Below are positions 9,031 through 21,892 of a stretch of DNA of 64,000 nucleotides, piece by piece (the stretch's first letter is position 1; every line of letters starts with the position of its first letter). This DNA is from an uncultured Acidobacteriota bacterium (lineage in GTDB: Bacteria; Acidobacteriota; Vicinamibacteria; Vicinamibacterales; Fen-181). Location of the stretch: NCBI GenBank assembly GCA_963783255.1, contig CAWAMP010000022.1:136118-200117 (forward strand), in the 5' to 3' direction. Below the pieces are notes generated by a model, which worked only from the letters and a program-made list of their open reading frames with translations, did not search any database and was not told the DNA's origin. The translations under genes were made by a program, and so were the position numbers.

Positions 9031-9717
9031 ATGATGAGCGGGCTGCGAACGGTGCCCGTCCGGACCGACGACCGACCGCGCGAGAAGCTCGGGCGGCACG
9101 GGGCCTCCGCGCTTGGAGACGACGAACTGCTGGCGATCGTGATCGGCGGCGGGAGTGCCGGCACGAGCGCGCTCGGGCTGGCCTCGGCGCTGCTGTCGAC
9201 AGCCGGTGGCCTTCACGGACTGGGGAGAACGAGCCGCGACGACCTGCTGCGCGTGAAGGGGTTTGGCCAGGCGCGGGCCGCGCAGGTGCTGGCCGCGCTC
9301 GAGATTGGCCGGCGGGTGCTCGCCAGGCGGCCGGCCGAACGGTGCCAGATCGCCTCTCCGAGGGACGCCGCGCACTACCTGATGCCGGAGTTCAGCGCAA
9401 GGCCCGTCGAGCAGTTCGGCGTGCTGATGCTCGACACGCGGCATCGGGTCATTCGGACGGCGGTGCTGACGGTCGGCTCGCTCGACGGTACCGCCGTGCA
9501 GCCCAGGGAAGTGTTCAGGCAGGCGCTGATGGCGACGGCGGCGGCGGTCGTAATGTTCCACAACCACCCGTCCGGGGACCCGCAGCCGAGCGGTGAGGAC
9601 GTGGAGCTCACCCGGCGGATGGTGGCGGCCGGCCGGCTGATGGGTATAGAAGTGATCGACCACGTGGTCCTCGGGGATGGCCGCTACTGCAGCCTCAAGG
9701 AATCGGGGTACCTGTAG
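9031..9717 (+). CDS. radC: RadC-family JAMM protein
   Basis: N-terminal HhH-like region and C-terminal HNHPSGDPQPSGEDVELTRR JAMM motif, 228 aa. Confidence 0.85.
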   Translation: MMSGLRTVPVRTDDRPREKLGRHGASALGDDELLAIVIGGGSAGTSALGLASALLSTAGGLHGLGRTSRDDLLRVKGFGQARAAQVLAALEIGRRVLARRPAERCQIASPRDAAHYLMPEFSARPVEQFGVLMLDTRHRVIRTAVLTVGSLDGTAVQPREVFRQALMATAAAVVMFHNHPSGDPQPSGEDVELTRRMVAAGRLMGIEVIDHVVLGDGRYCSLKESGYL

Positions 9718-11001
9718 ATGTCCAGGATTCTCTACTTCGACTGCTTCGCCGGAGCCTCGGGCGACATGGTGCTGGGCGCGCTGCTCGACGCGGGGCTGCC
9801 GCTCTCCGAACTCGAGGCGGCGCTCGGGAGCCTGATGATCCCGGGCTACCGGCTCTCGGCGGACCGCGTCCTCCGGGCCGGGCTGTCTGCGACGAAGTTC
9901 ACGGTGCACGAGCCCGGGGGCCACGGCCACCCTCACGCCCACGGGGGCCCGGACGGACATACCCACGGCCATCCTCACGGCGACGGCCATTCGCACAGCC
10001 ACGACGCCGGGCAGGCGCGTGGAAACGGGGGGCATCGGTCGCTGGCCGAGATCGTCGAGCTGATCGAGAAGTCTTCGCTGCCCGCCGACGGCCGCGAGCG
10101 CGCCTCGAAGCTGTTCAGGCGCCTGGCCGAAGTGGAAGCGGCCATCCACCAGATGCCGGTCGAGCAGGTTCACCTCCACGAGGTGGGGGCCCTCGATTCC
10201 ATCATCGACATCGTGGGCGCGGTGTTCGGCCTGCAGTGGTTCGGCGCCGACCGGATCGTCGCGTCGCCGCTGAACGTTGGGGGCGGCATGGTCCGCTCGG
10301 CCCACGGAGTGTTCCCGGTGCCCGCGCCGGCCACGCTGCGCCTGCTCGAAGGGGTGCCGGTGTATTCGAGCGGCGTTCAGATGGAGACCGTCACGCCAAC
10401 CGGCGCACTGCTGGTGGCGGGCCACGCGGCGGAATTCGGGCCGATGCCGCCGATGCGGGTGGACTGCATCGGCTACGGAGCGGGGGACCGCGATCTGCCG
10501 GGGACGCCGAACGTGCTGCGGGTCGTGCTGGGGCGCGACGACGCGGATCCGCGCGCTCAGCGGGTGATCGTGCTCGAGTGTGAAATCGACGACATGAACC
10601 CGCAGATCTACGGAGTCCTCATGGAGCAGCTGTACGCTGCGGGCGCGTTGGAGGTCTTCTACACAGCGGTCCAGATGAAGAAGAACCGGCCCGGGACGCT
10701 GCTGACCGTCGTGGCGCCGCCCGACCTGCGCGAGGGTTTGACCGGAATCGTCTTTCGCGAAACCACGACGATTGGGCTACGCTATCAGGAGCTGCTGCGG
10801 ACCTGCCTCGATCGCGAGATTGTCGTGCTGGAAACGCCGGTGGGACCGGTGCGCTTCAAGGTCGCCCGGCGCGGCGGGGAGGTGCTCAATGCGTCGCCCG
10901 AGTTCGAGGACTGCGCCCGCGCGGCCGCCGAGCGATCGCTACCGGTCAAGCAGGTGCTGGGCCTGGCCGCGCAGGCCTACTGGCAGACGCGACGGAGCTA
11001 G
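9718..11001 (+). CDS. larC: Nickel-pincer cofactor biosynthesis protein LarC (DUF111 family)
   Basis: MSRILYFDCFAGASGDMVLGALLDAG N-terminus and a His-rich loop HGHPHAHGGPDGHTHGHPHGDGHSHSHD. The ATG directly abuts the radC TAG. Confidence 0.8.
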   Translation: MSRILYFDCFAGASGDMVLGALLDAGLPLSELEAALGSLMIPGYRLSADRVLRAGLSATKFTVHEPGGHGHPHAHGGPDGHTHGHPHGDGHSHSHDAGQARGNGGHRSLAEIVELIEKSSLPADGRERASKLFRRLAEVEAAIHQMPVEQVHLHEVGALDSIIDIVGAVFGLQWFGADRIVASPLNVGGGMVRSAHGVFPVPAPATLRLLEGVPVYSSGVQMETVTPTGALLVAGHAAEFGPMPPMRVDCIGYGAGDRDLPGTPNVLRVVLGRDDADPRAQRVIVLECEIDDMNPQIYGVLMEQLYAAGALEVFYTAVQMKKNRPGTLLTVVAPPDLREGLTGIVFRETTTIGLRYQELLRTCLDREIVVLETPVGPVRFKVARRGGEVLNASPEFEDCARAAAERSLPVKQVLGLAAQAYWQTRRS

Positions 11002-11031
11002 GCCCGGATTCAGCAGCAGCCAACAACCGCC

Positions 11032-13026
11032 ATGTCCCGCTTCTACCTGACGACCGCGATCGACTACGTCAACAGTCGCCCGCATCTCGGCACGGCTTAC
11101 GAGAAGATCACCGCCGACGTGATCGCGCGCTACAAACGCCTGTCCGGAGTCCGCACGCATTTCGTGATGGGCAACGACGAGCACTCGCAGAATGTCTATC
11201 GTCGGGCCCGCGAGCGCGGCCTCGAGCCGCTGGCCTACTGCGACCAGATGGAGCGCGAGTTCCGCGACGTGTGGGCGCGCCTGAACGTCGCGTTCGACGA
11301 CTTCATCAGGACCACCGAAGAGCGTCATCGCGTGGGCGTCAGCACGATGGTGCAGCGGATTGCCGAGCGGGGCGACCTGTACGACGCCTACTACGAGGGG
11401 CCGTACTGCGTGTCGTGCGAGGCGTTCAAGCCGGAGAAGGACCTGGTCGACGGCCTCTGCCCGGTCCACGGGTCGAAGCCGGAGTGGATCCGGGAGAAGA
11501 ACCACTTCTTCCGGCTGTCGAATTACCGCGACGCGCTGCTCGAGCACTTCCACGCCCAGCCGGAGTTCCTGCAGCCCGACGTGCGGCGGAACGAGATCCT
11601 GCGGCTGCTCGAGGGCGGCCTGGAGGACATTTCGATTAGCCGGGCCGGGCAGCACTGGGGCATTCCGTTGCCGTTCGACCGGGCGAGCGTCGTCTACGTG
11701 TGGTTCGACGCGCTCATCAACTACGCGTCGGCGGTGGGCTACGGACGCGACGAAGCGGCGTTCGGCGAGTGGTGGCCCGCCGACCTGCACATCATCGGCA
11801 AGGACATCACGCGCTTCCACTGCGTGATCTGGCCGGCGATGCTGATGAGCGCCGGCGTACAGCTCCCGCGGCAGGTGTTCGGCCACGGGTTCGTCACCTT
11901 CAGGGGCCAGAAGATGAGCAAGTCGCTCGGGACCGTGCTCGACCCGCTCGACGCGGCGGCGAGATTCGGCCCCGATCCGCTCCGGCTCTACCTGGTCAAG
12001 GAGATCCCCTACGGCCAGGATGGCGACTTCTCGTGGGAGCGGTTCGAGGAGCGGTACAACGTCGACCTGGCGAACAACCTGGGGAACCTCGTGAACCGGC
12101 TGGCGGCGATGACCGATCGGTATCGCAAGGGACGTCTGCCCGCGGCCGCCGGCCCGCCCGGCCGCCTCGCCGGCGTCGCCGAGGACGTCGTGCGTCGCTA
12201 TCGCGCGGCCATGGAGCGCTTCGCGCTGCACGAGGCGGCGTTTGCGGCGTTCGGCCTGGTGGACGCGGCCAACGAATTCATCGCCGAGACCGAACCCTGG
12301 ACGCTGGCCAGGCAGGGGCATCAGGAGCGGCTCACGCAGGTGCTGTCAGACGTGGTGGAGGCGGTGAGGATCGCCGCCGTCTTGCTGCTGCCGGTGATGC
12401 CCGAATCCTGCGCCGAGATCCTCAGGCGGATGGGGGAGGAACGGAATCCGGGCGAACTCCGGCTCGACCGCGACGCCGCGTGGGCGGGCGGCCGGGAGCG
12501 CGCGATCACCAAGGGCGATCCGCTCTGGCCCAGGCTGGAGGCTGCGGTGGCGGCGAACACCGAGACTGCTGCACGGCAGGAGGAGAAGACGATGACTGAC
12601 CAACCGGCGGGCCCGACGCCCGCATCCGCTCAGACCGACGCAACGGCAGCCGCCGTCGGCCCGGTTGCGCCGGCTGTTCCGGCGACGGCCCCGGCCGGCG
12701 AGAAGATTCCGATTGACGACTTCCTGAAGATCGACCTGCGCGTCGCGAGGATCCTGGCGGCCGAGAGGGTCAAGGGGTCGCGGAAGTTGATCAAGATGGA
12801 GGTGGACGCCGGCGAGGAGCCGCGAACGCTCGTCGCCGGCATCGCAGAAGCCTACGAGCCGGAGGCGCTCGTGGGAAGGTCGGTCGTCATCGTGGCGAAT
12901 CTGAAGCCCGCCAAGCTGATGGGCATCGAGTCGAACGGCATGGTGCTGGCGGCGAGCCCGGAAGGCGGCCTGCCGGCGCTGCTCGGGTTCGACAACCCGC
13001 CGCCGCCCGGAAGCCGCGTCAAGTGA
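11032..13026 (+). CDS. metG: Methionine--tRNA ligase with a C-terminal tRNA-binding (EMAP/Trbp111-like) domain
   Basis: HLGTAYE (HIGH-type) and KMSKS motifs. The C-terminus reads ...DLRVARI...VIVANLKPAKLMGIESNGMVLAA. Confidence 0.95.
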   Translation: MSRFYLTTAIDYVNSRPHLGTAYEKITADVIARYKRLSGVRTHFVMGNDEHSQNVYRRARERGLEPLAYCDQMEREFRDVWARLNVAFDDFIRTTEERHRVGVSTMVQRIAERGDLYDAYYEGPYCVSCEAFKPEKDLVDGLCPVHGSKPEWIREKNHFFRLSNYRDALLEHFHAQPEFLQPDVRRNEILRLLEGGLEDISISRAGQHWGIPLPFDRASVVYVWFDALINYASAVGYGRDEAAFGEWWPADLHIIGKDITRFHCVIWPAMLMSAGVQLPRQVFGHGFVTFRGQKMSKSLGTVLDPLDAAARFGPDPLRLYLVKEIPYGQDGDFSWERFEERYNVDLANNLGNLVNRLAAMTDRYRKGRLPAAAGPPGRLAGVAEDVVRRYRAAMERFALHEAAFAAFGLVDAANEFIAETEPWTLARQGHQERLTQVLSDVVEAVRIAAVLLLPVMPESCAEILRRMGEERNPGELRLDRDAAWAGGRERAITKGDPLWPRLEAAVAANTETAARQEEKTMTDQPAGPTPASAQTDATAAAVGPVAPAVPATAPAGEKIPIDDFLKIDLRVARILAAERVKGSRKLIKMEVDAGEEPRTLVAGIAEAYEPEALVGRSVVIVANLKPAKLMGIESNGMVLAASPEGGLPALLGFDNPPPPGSRVK

Positions 13027-13820
13027 TCGACAGCCACTGCCATCTGGCCGATGCGGCCTACGCCGATGATCTCGAGGCCGTCGTCCGCCGCGCGCACGAG
13101 GCCGGCGTGTCGGGCGGGCTGTGCGTCCTGGCCTGTGGAGACGCCGACGAGGCGGCTCGGGGACGCCGCGTCGCGGGTCTCTGGCCCGACCTCCGATTCG
13201 CCGTCGGAGTTCATCCCCACCAGGCGCACGAGTTCGCCGGTCGGGACGAGGACGCCGTCGACGCCGTGCGGGCGGCCCTGTCGGCAACTCCCGGTGTCTG
13301 CGCGGTCGGTGAGGTCGGTCTGGACTATCACTACGATTTCTCGCCCCGCGACGTGCAGCGTTCCATCTTCCGGGCGCAGGTCCGTCTCGCGAGCGAAGCG
13401 GGCGTTCCGCTCGTCATTCACACGCGCGAAGCCGACGAGGACACCGTCGCGATCATCAGGGAAGCGGGCGGCGGCGCTGCCGGCGGCGTCTTCCATTGCT
13501 TCAGCGGCACCGACCGCCTGGCCGACGAGGCCCTCTCGCTGGGGTTCCTGGTGTCATTCTCCGGGATGATTACTTTTCCCAGGGCCGCGTCGATCAGGGC
13601 GATTGCCGCGCGCGTTCCCGCCGACCGCCTGCTGATTGAGACCGACTGCCCCTACCTGGCGCCGGTGCCGATGCGGGGGCGGCGCAACGAGCCGGCGTTC
13701 GTCGTCCGAACGGCCGAAACCCTGGCTGAACTTCGCCAGGTCTCGCCAGTCGAGGTCGGAACGCTGGTGACGGCCAATTTCGCCCGCGTGTTCGGCGCCG
13801 GGCCCGACAGGCGGGGCTGA
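13023..13820 (+). CDS. tatD: TatD-family metal-dependent hydrolase/DNase
   Basis: MIDSHCHL start and EVGLDYHY motif, 265 aa. The GTG start overlaps the metG stop (GTGA). Confidence 0.85.
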   Translation: MIDSHCHLADAAYADDLEAVVRRAHEAGVSGGLCVLACGDADEAARGRRVAGLWPDLRFAVGVHPHQAHEFAGRDEDAVDAVRAALSATPGVCAVGEVGLDYHYDFSPRDVQRSIFRAQVRLASEAGVPLVIHTREADEDTVAIIREAGGGAAGGVFHCFSGTDRLADEALSLGFLVSFSGMITFPRAASIRAIAARVPADRLLIETDCPYLAPVPMRGRRNEPAFVVRTAETLAELRQVSPVEVGTLVTANFARVFGAGPDRRG

Positions 13821-13913
13821 GCCGACCGGCTTCCGGCGGGCGTCGGCGCGTTGACACCCCGCGCGCAAGTATGGTGTGATGAACGGACTCTGCACACCTT
13901 GGACGGACCAGTT

Positions 13914-14888
13914 GTGACCCTCGCGCAGATCTTCGAGCCAATACGTCAGGACCTCGAGCAGGTCGAGCGCGAGTTCGCCCGCCACGTCGAGTCTCACGTT
14001 GCCTTGATCCCGGAAATCGGCCGCTACATCCAGGACGCCGGGGGCAAGCGTGTGAGGCCCGCTGTGCTTCTGATGGCGGCGCGCCTGGCTGGCTACGCCG
14101 GCCGGCGAGCCGTCCTGTACGCCGCGGTCGTCGAGTTCATCCACACCGCCACGCTGGTGCACGACGACATCGTGGACGACTCCGAGCTCAGGCGCGGGCG
14201 GCAGGCCGTGCACTCGAAGTGGGGCAACGACGTCACGGTGCTCCTCGGCGACTATCTCTACATCAAGTCGATGGCGCTGGCCCTCACCGAGGACTCGCTT
14301 GACATCGTCCGGATCCTCTGCGATGTGACACTGCGGATGATCGAAGGGGAGCTGTTCCAGCTGTCGAAGAACGGCGACATCGGGCTGAGCGAACGCGATC
14401 ACTTCGAGATCCTCCAGCGGAAGACCGCCGATCTCTTCGGCGGCTGTGCGGAGATCGGAGGCAGCCTCGGAACGGTGGGCGCCGCGGGGCAGAAGGCGCT
14501 TCGCGGCTACGGCTTCAACCTCGGCGTGGCGTTCCAGCTGGTGGACGACCTGCTTGACCTGACCGGACGCGAGGAAGTGCTCGGCAAGCCGATCGCCAGC
14601 GACCTGCGCGAAGGCAAGCTCACGCTGCCGTTCATTCATCTCCTCGAGCACGGAGGCGTGGAGGCCAGGGGGCTGATTGCGGATGTCGTGCGCGATCGGG
14701 ATCTGACCCCCGAGCGCTGGCAGCGGATCGCCGGCTACCTGGAGGAGTGCGGGTCGCTCGACTACGCCTACCGGAAGGCCACCGAGTACGGCGCGCTTGC
14801 GAAGGCCAGCCTGGCGACATTGCCCGCCAACCCCGCGCGCGAGGGGCTGATGGCGCTCGCCGATTACATCCTCTCGCGCGACCGCTGA
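13914..14888 (+). CDS. Polyprenyl diphosphate synthase (long-chain trans-IPPS, IspB-like)
   Basis: First and second Asp-rich motifs DDIVDD and DDLLD, plus GGKRVRP. The start is uncertain (in-frame TTG 13851, TTG 13899, GTG 13914). Chain length cannot be inferred. Confidence 0.8.
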   Translation: MTLAQIFEPIRQDLEQVEREFARHVESHVALIPEIGRYIQDAGGKRVRPAVLLMAARLAGYAGRRAVLYAAVVEFIHTATLVHDDIVDDSELRRGRQAVHSKWGNDVTVLLGDYLYIKSMALALTEDSLDIVRILCDVTLRMIEGELFQLSKNGDIGLSERDHFEILQRKTADLFGGCAEIGGSLGTVGAAGQKALRGYGFNLGVAFQLVDDLLDLTGREEVLGKPIASDLREGKLTLPFIHLLEHGGVEARGLIADVVRDRDLTPERWQRIAGYLEECGSLDYAYRKATEYGALAKASLATLPANPAREGLMALADYILSRDR

Positions 14889-14891
14889 CCC

Positions 14892-14914
14892 GAAATTCCT
14901 TCGGGAGGAATTTC
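14892..14914 (+). terminator. AT-rich perfect hairpin just after the polyprenyl synthase stop
   Basis: GAAATTCCT-tcggg-AGGAATTTC (9-bp stem, 5-nt loop) begins 4 nt after the TGA at 14886-14888. There is no clear U-tract, so the terminator function is inferred. Confidence 0.3.
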
Positions 14915-14946
14915 AAATACGGCGCAGGTATGCGGGCAGCCGTTGA

Positions 14947-18374
<3,428 letters not shown>

Positions 18375-18400
18375 TTGTGTTCTTTGACAATTGGCCGCAG

Positions 18401-18926
18401 GAAGCCAGACGACCGCCGCGCCGCGGTTGTCCCGAGACGTTCGCGTCGAGGGAAACGCCGTGGCGGGGAGGAAAGTCCGAACTCCGCAGGGCAGTGCGCC
18501 GGGTAACGCCCGGTCAGGGTGACCTGAAGGAAAGTGGCACAGAAAATATACCGCTACGGACGCGGTCCGGTTGTGCCGCACGCCGGGAGTGGCCGCGCAG
18601 ACGATCGCGCGCGGCAACTCCTTCCAAGTGCGGCGGCAGACCCGGTGTTTGGGTGCGCCGCGAAGTGCGGCGGCAGAACCGGGCCGCGTCCGGAGTAAGG
18701 GTGAAAAGGTGCGGTAAGAGCGCACCGCGCCGGTGGCAACATCGGTGGCACGCAAAACCCCGCACGGAGCAAGACCAAATAGGGAGGCGCCATCAGGACG
18801 GCCCGTCCGATGCCTCCGGGTAGGTTGCTCGATCCCGCCAGCGATGGCGGGGCTAGAGGAATGGTCGTCCCGCCGTAGCTCGGCGCAAGCCGAGCGAAGG
18901 CGGACAGAATTCGGCTTACGGCTTCT
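18401..18926 (+). ncRNA. rnpB: RNase P RNA, bacterial type A, with an enlarged P12 region
   Basis: Conserved blocks appear in canonical order: GAAGCCAGAC 5' end, GGGGAGGAAAGTCCG (18465-18479), GGGTAACGCC, CACAGAAAATATACCGC, GTAAGGGTGAAAAGGTGCGGTAAGAGCGCACCGCG (18695-18729), GAGCAAGACCAAATAGGGAGG, CGGGTAGGTTGCT, ACAGAATTCGGCTTA. The 3' GGCTTC (18920-18925) pairs with the 5' GAAGCC (P1). Confidence 0.9.
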
Positions 18927-19049
18927 CTGCGGCGCTTTTCTGCCTTGATGCAGCAGGCGGCGAGCAGCGGTTCGGGCGTGACACGCTGCCAACTGCGGTC
19001 TGCGTCCTGAGTGTTGTTCTGGATTGATCGCCTCTCCCACCCAACCTCT

Positions 19050-19976
19050 ATGGCTTTGTATCTCGTCACCGGCGGTGCCGGCTTCATCGGTTCACACCTC
19101 GGCGAAGAACTCGTCGGTCGCGGCGAACGGGTGCGCATCGTGGACAGCCTGATCACCGGCAGGCGCGCGAACCTCGCCTGCGTGCCCGGCGTGGAGTTCA
19201 TCGAGGGGGACCTGGCCGACATCGATGTTGCCAGGCGAGCGGCAGCCGGGGTGGACTACGTGCTCCACCAGGCGGCCATCCCGTCGGTGCCTCGGTCGGT
19301 GTCCGACCCGATCACGTCGAACCGCTCCAATATCGACGCGACGCTGAACATCCTGGTCGCTGCCCGCGACGCCGGCGTCAAGCGTCTGGTCTATGCGGGG
19401 TCGTCGTCGGCCTACGGCGACCAGCCGACGCTGCCCAAGCGCGAGGACATGCCGACCAGTCCGCTGTCGCCCTACGCGCTGCAGAAGCTGGTGGGCGAGC
19501 AGTACCTCGCCCTTTTCACGAAGCTCTACCACCTCGACACGGTCACCGTTCGCTACTTCAACGTCTTCGGTCCGCGGCAGGACCCGTCTTCGCCGTACTC
19601 GGGCGTGATCTCGCTCTTCATCTCGGCGCTCGTCGGCGGGCGCCGGCCGATCATCTACGGCGACGGCGAACAGACCCGCGACTTCACCTATGTGGCGAAC
19701 GTCGTGGACGGCGTCCTTCGGGCCTGCCATGCGCCGGGCATCGCCGGCCAGATGATGAACGTGGCGACCGGCGGCCGCATCAGCCTCAACCAGCTGCTGA
19801 AGACCCTGTGCGACCTGCTGGGCGTGCAGGCCGAGGCCGAATACCGGGACGCGCGCGCCGGAGATGTCCGCGACTCGCAGGCCGACATCAGCCGCGCGAA
19901 GGCGCTGACCGGCTACGTGCCGACGGTCGATCTCAGGGAAGGCCTGGAGCGCACGCTGGCCTGGTTCCGACAGTAG
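19050..19976 (+). CDS. NAD-dependent epimerase/dehydratase (extended SDR, UDP-sugar 4-epimerase-like)
   Basis: TGGAGFIGSHL Rossmann motif and YALQK catalytic YxxxK. I prefer the ATG at 19050 (MALYLVTGGAGF) within ORF 19011..19976. Confidence 0.85.
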   Translation: MALYLVTGGAGFIGSHLGEELVGRGERVRIVDSLITGRRANLACVPGVEFIEGDLADIDVARRAAAGVDYVLHQAAIPSVPRSVSDPITSNRSNIDATLNILVAARDAGVKRLVYAGSSSAYGDQPTLPKREDMPTSPLSPYALQKLVGEQYLALFTKLYHLDTVTVRYFNVFGPRQDPSSPYSGVISLFISALVGGRRPIIYGDGEQTRDFTYVANVVDGVLRACHAPGIAGQMMNVATGGRISLNQLLKTLCDLLGVQAEAEYRDARAGDVRDSQADISRAKALTGYVPTVDLREGLERTLAWFRQ

Positions 19977-20347
19977 CCACTCGCATCCCGGCCCCCAGAC
20001 GCCGGGTGCAACCGCAGTCCCGCTGCGATCTACCAGCATCGCGAGTCACACCGGCGAGACGCCAGGGGTTTTCCGCCCGAGCGCTGACCGGCGGCAACTG
20101 ACGGCGTCGTTTGGCACGTCGCGACCGGCCACCTTCGAAGCCATCCAAACCCACGCAGCCTAACCTCCATGATGGCCATGGAGTTACGGGCACGCCCCTG
20201 GACGCCTCGCTCGGGCAGCATCCTTGCTCTCTCCGGGGCGACCCCGGCGGACGCGGTGGCGGTGGTGCCCGACCTCGAACCGACGCCAGGTGGCCGACCG
20301 GGGTCACCACTTCGGACGGTCACGTCCGGCTTCGAGAAGGAGGACCC

Positions 20348-20680
20348 ATGCGTCGAGTGAGATTCGGTGCCACCCTCGTCCTGGCCGTGCTGCTGGCAGC
20401 GCCCATCGCCATGGCCGACCAGGCCCAGGCGCCGGCGAAGTCCGCGCCGGCGAGCCTGGTCAACATCAACACCGCCACCGCCGACCAGCTCGAGGGCCTG
20501 CCAGGGATCGGTCCCAAGATGGCCGCTCGCATCGTCGACTACCGTCAGAAGAGCGGCGGCTTCAAGAAGCTCGAGGATCTCATGAACATTCAGGGGATCG
20601 GCGAGAAGAACTTCCTGAAGCTGAAGCCGCTGGTGACGCTCGGACAGCCGAAGACGGAGCAGGGAAGCCCCGGCCGCTAG
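20348..20680 (+). CDS. comEA: ComEA-family helix-hairpin-helix DNA-binding protein
   Basis: Signal peptide MRRVRFGATLVLAVLLAAPIAMA, then INTATADQLEGLPGIGPKMAARIVDYR...IQGIGEKNF (two HhH). The 5' part of ORF 20111..20680 is not protein-like. Confidence 0.8.
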   Translation: MRRVRFGATLVLAVLLAAPIAMADQAQAPAKSAPASLVNINTATADQLEGLPGIGPKMAARIVDYRQKSGGFKKLEDLMNIQGIGEKNFLKLKPLVTLGQPKTEQGSPGR

Positions 20681-20847
20681 CGCCGGGCGGGGCGTCAGCT
20701 GCGCCTCGCCGCAGCCAGCCGACGTCCGCGTCGTCAATGCGGAAGGGTTCCGGAGGCAGGGCTGCCGAATGGCTTCCGGTTCATCCGGGAAGCCTGCGCT
20801 GAAGCCGCCCGCCGGCCTTGCCTCTGGATGCCCGCAGGTGCCACGGC

Positions 20848-21429
20848 ATGTCTCGAACGGGCTATTCGCTCATCGAACTGATGGTGTGTCTGTCCCTCGC
20901 CGCGCTGGCCTTCGCCCTCGGCGGACCGGCGCTCCTTGCCGCGCGCGACGAGGCGCTGGCGGCCGGGGCGGCGGACTACGTCGTGACCGAGTTCCACGGC
21001 GCGCGAATGGAGGCCCTGAAGCGACGCGCGAGCGTGGCGATCCGATTCGAGGCGGCCGGCGATGACTTCCAGATGGCGGTATACGTCGACGGCAACGGCA
21101 ACGGCGTGCGCTCGACGGACATCGTCCGCGGGGAGGACAGCCTCATCCGCGCCGGCTCGGTGCTCTCAGAGCAGTTCGCGGGAGTCCGATTCGGATTCGA
21201 AGCGGGCGTGCCAGACGTCGACGGGGGCGACACCTCCTCGAACGCCGACCCGATCCGAGCGGGCGTCAGTCGAATGCTCTCATTCAGCCCGACCGGAACC
21301 TCCAGCAGTGGGACGGTCTACCTGCACGGCCGGGGGCCGCGTCAACTCGCCGTTCGAGTGCTGGGAGGCACTGGCCGCATCCGATCGCTCCAATACGAGT
21401 TCGGAGCCCGGAAATGGGTGGCGCGCTGA
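20848..21429 (+). CDS. GspH/FimT-family minor pseudopilin
   Basis: Prepilin-type N-terminus MSRTGYSLIELMV, then a GspH-like body (...ARMEALKRRASVAIRF...YVDGNGNGV...). I prefer the ATG at 20848 within ORF 20818..21429. Confidence 0.7.
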   Translation: MSRTGYSLIELMVCLSLAALAFALGGPALLAARDEALAAGAADYVVTEFHGARMEALKRRASVAIRFEAAGDDFQMAVYVDGNGNGVRSTDIVRGEDSLIRAGSVLSEQFAGVRFGFEAGVPDVDGGDTSSNADPIRAGVSRMLSFSPTGTSSSGTVYLHGRGPRQLAVRVLGGTGRIRSLQYEFGARKWVAR

Positions 21430-21890
21430 CCGCAGGACCGGCCGGTGCTCGCGACAGACGACGCTCCGCCCGAATCGAGCCCGGAACCTACGCCAGCGTC
21501 ATCCGCCTGCGGCTCCCGCCGGGACGCGAGGCGGTGCTACTGAACCTGAGTCGAGACGGCGCCTGTATCGAGACCTCGTCAGCCCTCCTCCCGGGTCGAC
21601 CGGTTGACCTGATGCTGTCGCTTCCCGGGTGGGCCTGGCGAGGCCGGGCGACGGTTCTGCGCTGTCGGGTTACCGCGCTGGTCATCGACAGCGGCGTCCG
21701 CTACGAGGCGGCCGTTCACTTCGAGCTCCCACTTGACCGTGAGGGCCCGGCGCGGTTGCTCGAAGCGGCCGAGAAGGCCATCACCTCCGGGCACGAACTA
21801 CCCGCGCAACGTACGAGCAAGGCCCCTCGTTGGGCAGTAAATACCCGTCTCGCATGGGCGCCGGACTGCGAAGACGCGGAAAGGCCCTGA
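21414..21890 (+). CDS. PilZ-domain protein (putative c-di-GMP receptor)
   Basis: RRRSAR (RxxxR) followed by NLSRDG (D/NxSxxG). It overlaps the upstream pseudopilin gene by 16 nt. Confidence 0.7.
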   Translation: MGGALTAGPAGARDRRRSARIEPGTYASVIRLRLPPGREAVLLNLSRDGACIETSSALLPGRPVDLMLSLPGWAWRGRATVLRCRVTALVIDSGVRYEAAVHFELPLDREGPARLLEAAEKAITSGHELPAQRTSKAPRWAVNTRLAWAPDCEDAERP

Positions 21891-21892
21891 GA

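Noticed and set aside
20250-20300. A ggttcgaggtcggg-like string on the minus strand, reminiscent of a tRNA T-arm, in the 370-nt gap before comEA.
   Set aside because: I could not build a complementary T-stem, an acceptor stem or an anticodon arm. No other intergenic region showed a tRNA-like fold by eye. tRNAscan-SE or Aragorn would settle it.
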